Shown one piece after another: positions 16,391 through 22,140 of a stretch of 22,140 nt of DNA; position 1 is the stretch's first letter, and every line of letters begins with the position of its first letter. The DNA is from Bdellovibrionota bacterium (GTDB lineage Bacteria; Bdellovibrionota_C; UBA2361; CAKMMH01), in assembly GCA_050952645.1 (NCBI GenBank), contig JBMNLI010000013.1, forward strand, positions 1 to 22,140, given 5' to 3'. Made by a program: the position numbers and the translations under genes. A model generated the notes under the pieces. It saw only the letters and a list, made by a program, of their open reading frames with translations. It was not told the DNA's origin and did not search any database.

Positions 16391-17191
16391 TTAATTATTA
16401 AAATATAATAACACGAAAACTGCTAAAATTATCCTATAATAGCCAAATATTGTCAAAGAAAACCTTTTTAATATATTTAAAAAAAACTTTATCGAAATTA
16501 ACGCTACTAAAAACGATACTATAAAACCTATAAAAAATATTACTAAATCATCTTTAGATAAAGTAGAAATATTTTTTAGTAAATCATACACTGCCGCCAT
16601 ACTTATTACAGGCACGGCAACTAAAAAAGAAAACTCTGCTGCCACCTCTCTTTTTAATCCTAAAAGCATACCACCAACAATCGTGCTTGCAGAACGAGAA
16701 AACCCTGGCCATAACGAAAAACACTGACTAACACCTATTAAAAACGAATCTCTATAACTTAAATCTTTTACATCTTTTACTCTCGTAGGTATTTTTATTT
16801 TTTCAACTATTATCATTAAGACGCCCCCGACTATCAGTGCCATGGCTATCATCGTAGTAGATTGCAAAAGTTTTTTTATATGTTCATAAAATAAGAAACC
16901 CATAACGGCTACTGGGAGACAGGCTAACACCATTTTTACAATGCCTCTAGAGCCTGCTAATCCATCATTTTTATTTTTAAAATCAAAAAATAATAAAAAA
17001 CGCTTAAAATATAATACTAGAACCGCTAAAATTGCCCCTAATTGGATAAAAATTTCAAAAGAACTAGACGCTACGCTTTGAAACTCTAAGTATTTCCCAA
17101 AAATTACTAAGTGTCCCGTGCTTGAAACGGGAATAAACTCAGTTAACCCCTCTAAAATTCCTAACAATACTGCAATCGTTTTATCACTCAT
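16391..17191 (-). CDS. uppP: Undecaprenyl-diphosphate phosphatase (BacA family)
   Basis: LGILEGLTEFIPVSSTGHL, FEIFIQLGAILAV, PGFSRSASTI, AAEFSFLVAVP and FGYYRI motifs in a polytopic membrane protein. Confidence 0.97.
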   Translation of the reverse strand: MSDKTIAVLLGILEGLTEFIPVSSTGHLVIFGKYLEFQSVASSSFEIFIQLGAILAVLVLYFKRFLLFFDFKNKNDGLAGSRGIVKMVLACLPVAVMGFLFYEHIKKLLQSTTMIAMALIVGGVLMIIVEKIKIPTRVKDVKDLSYRDSFLIGVSQCFSLWPGFSRSASTIVGGMLLGLKREVAAEFSFLVAVPVISMAAVYDLLKNISTLSKDDLVIFFIGFIVSFLVALISIKFFLNILKRFSLTIFGYYRIILAVFVLLYFNN

Positions 17192-17283
17192 CTTTTATCA
17201 CTCGTTTTTTATTACTCGTTTTTTATTACTCGTTTTTTATCACTTAAATTTATCGCTTGATTTTATCACTTGATTTTATCGCT
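17178..17283 (-). repeat. Degenerate 13-14-bp tandem repeat (~8 units) that includes the uppP start codons
   Basis: Minus-strand units [GA]AG[TC][GA]ATAAAA.. end in ATGAGTGATAAAA (M-S-D-K). Confidence 0.85.
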
Positions 17284-17480
17284 ATTTATTATACCACTAT
17301 TTAGCGACTTATCGACTCACTCTCTAAAACATATATTTTAAAATATACGTATCAGAATATACTTTAATTAAAATACATTAAAAAATATATGAAAAAAAGC
17401 TTTTAAACAGGATAAAGGATAACAGATGAGTTCTATTTTAACAATTTATTTAAACGGTTTTAACTTTTTATTTCTTTTGA

Positions 17481-17517
17481 CTATCTAAACCAATCTATCT
17501 AAACCAATCTATTTAAA
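17481..17517 (-). repeat. 14-bp tandem repeat containing the stop codon of the FlgO-like gene
   Basis: Minus strand TTTAAATAG ATTGG TTTAGATAG ATTGG TTTAGATAG. Confidence 0.85.
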
Positions 17518-18195
17518 TAATTTCTTTTTAAAATAATTAGTTTCATTTACGTCTGTGATAGGAACTCTTTCTAAAGTCGACGAAGATAAATTGCCACTAT
17601 TTCCACCTTTTAACATCTTCTCAATTTCAGCAGTTTTAGTCATTTCTGCAGTAGCGGCAGAAAGCACTAGCGAAGTAGTAGGATTTATAAGCCTAGCATT
17701 TAAATATACTCTCTTTGGAGATACAGTGTAAGTTCCTACTACTATTCCCCCTAAATCTCTTTCTCTTCTTAAATTATTTACGTTTCTAGATAATGCAAAC
17801 TCTCCACCATCGTCCGCTAAAAACTGAATAGCTTGGCTATGTCTAAGTTCTACGACCTCATATCCTTTCATAACTAGTTCGCTCATTAATTGCTCTGCAA
17901 GCATTCTCCCAAAGGTTGAAGTGTTATGTAAATCATCTATATTAACGAAAGAGGCTATACCGATAGGGCCTGGATTAACGCCTTTATAATACTCATCTAT
18001 TTTTTCAGCTAGATAAGAGGTTTTAAACCTACCTACAGATTGCTCACTATCTACGAAAGAATATGGTGGCAAATCTGAATACCTTCTACTACAAGAGGTT
18101 AAAATTATGGCTATTAAAAACAGCAAAAAAAACTTATAATAACGCCTATAGCCATTAGATTGTGTATTTAATTTATTTTTTTGAAATTTTTCCAT
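17509..18195 (-). CDS. FlgO-family outer-membrane lipoprotein
   Basis: Lipobox ILTSC. FlgO-like pattern IASFVNIDDL..TSTFGRMLAEQLMSEL..GYEVVE..GEFALSR..IVVGTY..VYLNARLI..VLSAA. Confidence 0.8.
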   Translation of the reverse strand: MEKFQKNKLNTQSNGYRRYYKFFLLFLIAIILTSCSRRYSDLPPYSFVDSEQSVGRFKTSYLAEKIDEYYKGVNPGPIGIASFVNIDDLHNTSTFGRMLAEQLMSELVMKGYEVVELRHSQAIQFLADDGGEFALSRNVNNLRRERDLGGIVVGTYTVSPKRVYLNARLINPTTSLVLSAATAEMTKTAEIEKMLKGGNSGNLSSSTLERVPITDVNETNYFKKKLFK

Positions 18196-18196
18196 T

Positions 18197-18871
18197 ATGA
18201 AATACCTAAATAAAAATCTTTATAAAAATTTTATTACATTTTTCTTTTTTGTAAACTTGTTATCTTTTTCTGCCTGTTCGATTGCAAGCATTACCTCTTA
18301 CACTAATCAATGCAAAAACCATGCAAATATTAAAATAAATGTAAAAAGATACGTAAACTCTCAATATTCAAGAAGAAAATTCTTGCGCTTAGGTATTTTC
18401 CCATTTTCAGTACCTGCAAATTTTTCCTCCTATAGTGTAGATAGGGCGGATTATGGCACTTTGCTAGCACAAGAATTACAGCCTACTTTGCTTTCCTTAG
18501 ATGTTTTTAGCACTGCCGAGCTTTTAGATTACAACGATTGGAGTAATAAAAAACAAGAGTTTTTCTCTAATAATATCAAAGCCATAGAAATCGGTAAAAA
18601 TTTAGGACTAGATTTTATAGTAGTCGGTGCCATGTCGCCTAACAACTTTGTTGATAAAATGACCGTTTACTCGAAAATTATAGATGTAAACACTGGTATA
18701 ACTATTTTTTATGGAGAAACGACTGGTATAAACGAAAAATTTGAAAATAAAAACTTTTTAAACGCTAATTTTAATTCTAAAAGCGACCCAAGCGATTTAA
18801 TGTTAGACAGGCTAACAAACACTACGATGAGATGCCACGGAAACCTTATACTAAATAGCATCAGTAAATAA
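18197..18871 (+). CDS. Putative lipoprotein with a CsgG/TolB-N/FlgO-like alpha/beta fold
   Basis: Lipobox FSAC. LRLGIFPF...YGTLLAQEL...AIEIGKNLGLDFIVVG...SKIIDVNTG pattern typical of this fold. Confidence 0.65.
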   Translation: MKYLNKNLYKNFITFFFFVNLLSFSACSIASITSYTNQCKNHANIKINVKRYVNSQYSRRKFLRLGIFPFSVPANFSSYSVDRADYGTLLAQELQPTLLSLDVFSTAELLDYNDWSNKKQEFFSNNIKAIEIGKNLGLDFIVVGAMSPNNFVDKMTVYSKIIDVNTGITIFYGETTGINEKFENKNFLNANFNSKSDPSDLMLDRLTNTTMRCHGNLILNSISK

Positions 18872-19032
18872 TATGCTTTTTAAATAAATTTATTAAACTA
18901 AATTTATTAAGCAAAAATTCTTTTTTAAAGCAACGAAATTTTAAATAACTCATCATAATATATAACAAAATATATAATAATATGTGTGTTTATTTATTCT
19001 TTAAAAATATTTAAAAAAATCGGAGAAATATA

Positions 19033-20598
19033 ATGGCTATAAAATTAGATATTATTTCACTAGCTGTCGATGCTGATATGAATCCTGTAGTTAAGGAATT
19101 TAGGAAAGATAAAATAGTTATCGGACGAGGAAAAAACGTAGACCTTAATTTAGAAAAGGACGACGTATCTTCTAAGCATGCTACAATTTATGTAAATGAT
19201 GATAACACTCTTTCAATAGAAGACATGGGAAGCTTAAACGGAACGACCGTAGGAGATACGAAAATTCAAGCTCAAAAAAAATACACCCTTAAACAGAAAG
19301 ATAGAATAATGATAGGCGACTACCTTATAAAAGCATCGTTTATAGAAGATGAGTTAGTAGAAAATGAGCTAGGAGAAAATGAGCTAGGAGAAGATGAGCT
19401 AGTAGAAGAAGAATTTCTAGAAGAAAAAATTACAGAAGAAACGAGTCGAGGCAAAAACTTAGAAAGCCTAGACGTTTTAGAGAAACGAGCAAATGCTAAC
19501 ACTAATAATAACGCTAATAATAACGCTGAAGATATAACAAACACTACTAATGAAATGATTGAGGATTATGAACTTGAAAATATTTTAAGCAATAGCGATA
19601 TTTTAACTGAAGATATCCCTACTATCGATGATAATATTTTCGAGCTAGAAGATGATTTTTCTAAAGAAGAGCTTTTTAGTGATGATTTAGAAGATAAAGC
19701 TAAAGATTATGAAACTACTAACACTACTAAGGAAGAAAATATTTTATCATCTCAAGAAAAACTAGTCTTAGAGGATAAAAAAGAGATTAATATCTTAAAT
19801 AATAAAAACAATAATAAAGATAATAATAAAGATGCTAGTAAAGAAAATCTTACTAATATAAATAATAACGATGGCGTATTTTTAATTATCTCTGGAACGG
19901 CAAATGATGATATTTCAGATATCAATTTAGAGGCTATAAAACTTCTTACCCTTAAAGGGCAATGTAAAAGATTTGGTGTAGCAATCCCCGATGTGCTTAT
20001 AACGTTAAACGAAGAAAAAGCGATCACGGACAATAATGGATTTTTTAAATTTGATAATATCGAAGAAAACTCTCCTATTGCGATAAAAGCTGAAAAATCT
20101 GGATACATATTTAAAAATAAAAATATACCTACTACACTTGCCGAGGACTCTAGCATTATATTTGAAGGAATAAAAACTTGCCATATTACAGGTAAAATTA
20201 TATATAAGGGCAAAGGTCTAGAGGGCGTTGAGATTACGAATAATTTAGGCAAAAACGTTATAACATCTAAAGATGGTTCATTTTTTATAAAAGATATTGA
20301 AGAGGGAAGAAATTATACTATTAAGCCTTTAAAAGAAAATTTTATATTCGATTTTGATGACACTCAAAGAACACTTAAAGAAGATACGACTTTCGTAATA
20401 AATGCTACTAAACTTATCTCGATTAGTGGTTATATAAAATATAAAGGAGTTCCTATCGCAGATGTTATCGTAGATGCAGGGGAGCTAGGAAAAACTATAA
20501 CCGATAAAAATGGTTTTTATGAATTTAAGAACATAAAAGAAGGCACTCAATATAGCTTAAAAGCGTATAAAGAAGGATTTAAATTTCAAAAAGCTTAA
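19033..20598 (+). CDS. FHA-domain protein with an acidic linker and three carboxypeptidase-regulatory-like (beta-sandwich) repeats
   Basis: GGAG RBS. FHA motifs IGRG, VSSKHA and DMGSLNGT. Three repeats of L/IxGxx...G.xI.xV.I...TDxNGFF.FxNIxEG..Y.IKA.K.G[YF].F. Confidence 0.85.
   Translation: MAIKLDIISLAVDADMNPVVKEFRKDKIVIGRGKNVDLNLEKDDVSSKHATIYVNDDNTLSIEDMGSLNGTTVGDTKIQAQKKYTLKQKDRIMIGDYLIKASFIEDELVENELGENELGEDELVEEEFLEEKITEETSRGKNLESLDVLEKRANANTNNNANNNAEDITNTTNEMIEDYELENILSNSDILTEDIPTIDDNIFELEDDFSKEELFSDDLEDKAKDYETTNTTKEENILSSQEKLVLEDKKEINILNNKNNNKDNNKDASKENLTNINNNDGVFLIISGTANDDISDINLEAIKLLTLKGQCKRFGVAIPDVLITLNEEKAITDNNGFFKFDNIEENSPIAIKAEKSGYIFKNKNIPTTLAEDSSIIFEGIKTCHITGKIIYKGKGLEGVEITNNLGKNVITSKDGSFFIKDIEEGRNYTIKPLKENFIFDFDDTQRTLKEDTTFVINATKLISISGYIKYKGVPIADVIVDAGELGKTITDKNGFYEFKNIKEGTQYSLKAYKEGFKFQKA
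19345..19425 (+). repeat. In-frame 15-bp tandem repeat (EDELV/ENELG)
   Basis: GAA[GA]ATGAG[CT]TAG[GT]A units, x4-5. Confidence 0.85.
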
Positions 20599-20658
20599 AA
20601 AAAATTTTCTTGATGTCTATCCTTTTAAAATAATAAAAACAAGCTTATTATAAGCTTT

Positions 20659-21444
20659 ATGAATAAGTATAATTTTTTAATAGACACTCATACTCATATA
20701 GATGGGAAAGACTTCGATGCCGACAGAGAAAGCGTTATTCAAAATGCTATAGACAATAATGTAAAGTATATGATAAATGCTGCTGGAACGGATATTTTAG
20801 AAGGTGCTAAAAGAGCGATTTTCTTAGCATCAAAATGCGATAATGTATTTGCTTCAGCGGGACAACATCCACACGATGCCGACACGCCTTTAGAAATAGA
20901 GATGCTTTATAAACTTGCTATGCATCCTAGAGTAGTAGCTATTGGAGAAACGGGGCTAGATTTTTACAAAGATTGGTCGGATTTCGATAAACAAAAAATT
21001 TTATTTAAAGAGCATATAAATATTGCTAAAAAAGTAAACAAACCTCTTATAGTCCATTGTAGAAAAGCTGGAAATGAAGCAGTTTCCATATTAGAAAAGC
21101 TAGATGCAAGCAATGTTGGTGGCGTGTTTCACTGTTTCTCTGAATCGATAGACATCTACAATAAAATTGCAGAAATGAATTTTCTCGTTTCATTTACAGG
21201 CGTAATTACATTCAAAAATGCAAATAAAATTAGAGAGGTAGTAAAGCAAATTCCACTATCTAAAATTATGCTTGAAACGGACGCTCCTTATATGGCACCA
21301 GAGCCTTTTAGAGGCACGAGATGCGAACCTATGTATACGCTTTGGACTGCAAAAGCATTAGCTAAAATAAAAGAATGCACCTTAGAAGAAGTAATAGACA
21401 CTACGACTAGAAACGCCGTAGAGCTTTTTAAATTAAAACTTTAG
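20659..21444 (+). CDS. tatD: TatD-family metal-dependent hydrolase/DNase
   Basis: IDTHTH, GQHPH, AIGETGLD, IVHCR, GVFHCF and LETDAPY motifs. Confidence 0.95.
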   Translation: MNKYNFLIDTHTHIDGKDFDADRESVIQNAIDNNVKYMINAAGTDILEGAKRAIFLASKCDNVFASAGQHPHDADTPLEIEMLYKLAMHPRVVAIGETGLDFYKDWSDFDKQKILFKEHINIAKKVNKPLIVHCRKAGNEAVSILEKLDASNVGGVFHCFSESIDIYNKIAEMNFLVSFTGVITFKNANKIREVVKQIPLSKIMLETDAPYMAPEPFRGTRCEPMYTLWTAKALAKIKECTLEEVIDTTTRNAVELFKLKL

Positions 21445-21486
21445 TTTTTTCTTAGCTCTTCACTTTTAAAGGTGATTTAAGACATT

Positions 21487-21554
21487 AAAATTAGTATCAC
21501 TCACCCCGACCAAGCCCAAAAGAAAATTGACTTTAAAGAAATTTGCATAAAATA
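21487..21554 (+). repeat. Dispersed intergenic repeat, copy 2
   Basis: CCAAAAGAAAATTGACTTTAAAGAAATTTGCAT at 21516-21548, between the convergent tatD and methyltransferase stops. Confidence 0.85.
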
Positions 21555-21556
21555 AA

Positions 21557-22138
21557 TTACTTTAAATATAGTTGAAATTTTTCTTTAATATTAAACTTAT
21601 CTAACAGCCTTAATTTTTTTAAATCCTTATTTTTCTTTAATTCGTCTTTAGAAATAAGAATCTCTTTATAGCAATCTAAAGCACACGCAGTAAAACTAAG
21701 CCCCCTATTTGAAAGTTTAGGAACGCTTACTACTCTAGCATAGTCTTCATAACTAACAAATTTCTCTTTTTTGTTTTTATAAAACACGGCGCACGAGTAC
21801 TTTATTTTATGCTTATTAAAGCCCGTAATACCGTCTAGCATATTTACAAGTCTAGAGTCTAAGCCTTGAAGCTCACCGTGGCACCAATCGTTTTTGCAAC
21901 TTAGCATTGGGCATTCTTTATCGTGAAAACAAGGGTATGAAATCTTATATTGGTATTTTTCTAAAATTTTATTTCTAAAATCCATTAATTTTCGTGTAGA
22001 AAATTTTAAAGCTGGCTCTAAGATAATTAAAACTCCATCGTCTGCTAGTAGTGTATCAAAGTTTAAAAGCAGATCTTCTAAATCTTCTTTTTCTAACTCA
22101 TTTATCACATTTAGAATCGTTATTACATCGAACGAAGT
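21557..22138 (-). CDS. Rsm22-family SAM-dependent methyltransferase (5' end outside the window)
   Basis: The frame is open to the window edge: SFDVITILNVINEL, L..DGVLIILEP, and the Cys/His motif PCFHDKECP...DWCH characteristic of Rsm22-like proteins. Confidence 0.75.
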   Translation of the reverse strand, partial: TSFDVITILNVINELEKEDLEDLLLNFDTLLADDGVLIILEPALKFSTRKLMDFRNKILEKYQYKISYPCFHDKECPMLSCKNDWCHGELQGLDSRLVNMLDGITGFNKHKIKYSCAVFYKNKKEKFVSYEDYARVVSVPKLSNRGLSFTACALDCYKEILISKDELKKNKDLKKLRLLDKFNIKEKFQLYLK

Positions 22139-22140
22139 TT

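Noticed and set aside
17178..17283. CRISPR-like array or iterons upstream of uppP
   Set aside because: Units are 13-14 bp, contiguous and degenerate, with no unique spacers and no cas or rep genes; the last unit is the uppP start itself.
19320..20252. Minus-strand ORFs 19320..19544 and 19752..20252
   Set aside because: Antisense shadows of the low-complexity and repeat regions of the FHA protein.
21460..21475. TCACTTTTAAAGGTGA hairpin after tatD as a terminator
   Set aside because: Short, weak stem with only a minimal U-tract; too uncertain to call.

Overview
AT-rich bacterial chromosomal segment with no rRNA, tRNA, CRISPR array or transposase visible. Housekeeping and metabolic genes are glycogen phosphorylase (glgP, broken by seven single-base insertions that look like sequencing errors), malQ, gltX, serS, uppP, tatD and a 5'-truncated Rsm22-like methyltransferase. 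Between them lie lineage-specific genes: (i) a tandem pair of paralogous helical, TPR-like proteins with polar disordered N-terminal leaders and a shared promoter -35 context, converging on a separately promoted 72-aa Cys-rich mini-protein with structured UTRs; (ii) a tandem pair of secreted, very basic paralogs with a motif pattern suggesting a glycoside-hydrolase-like TIM barrel; (iii) two head-to-head FlgO/CsgG-fold lipoproteins whose ATGs are 1 bp apart, followed by an FHA plus 3x carboxypeptidase-regulatory-like domain protein; (iv) a 416-aa unknown with two possibly repeated domains. Non-coding signals include a dispersed intergenic repeat whose 16-bp core AAAAGAAAATTGACTT occurs three times (twice as an inverted pair), operator-like palindromes and direct repeats, and many 10-15 bp tandem duplications that cluster at start codons, stop codons and signal peptides.
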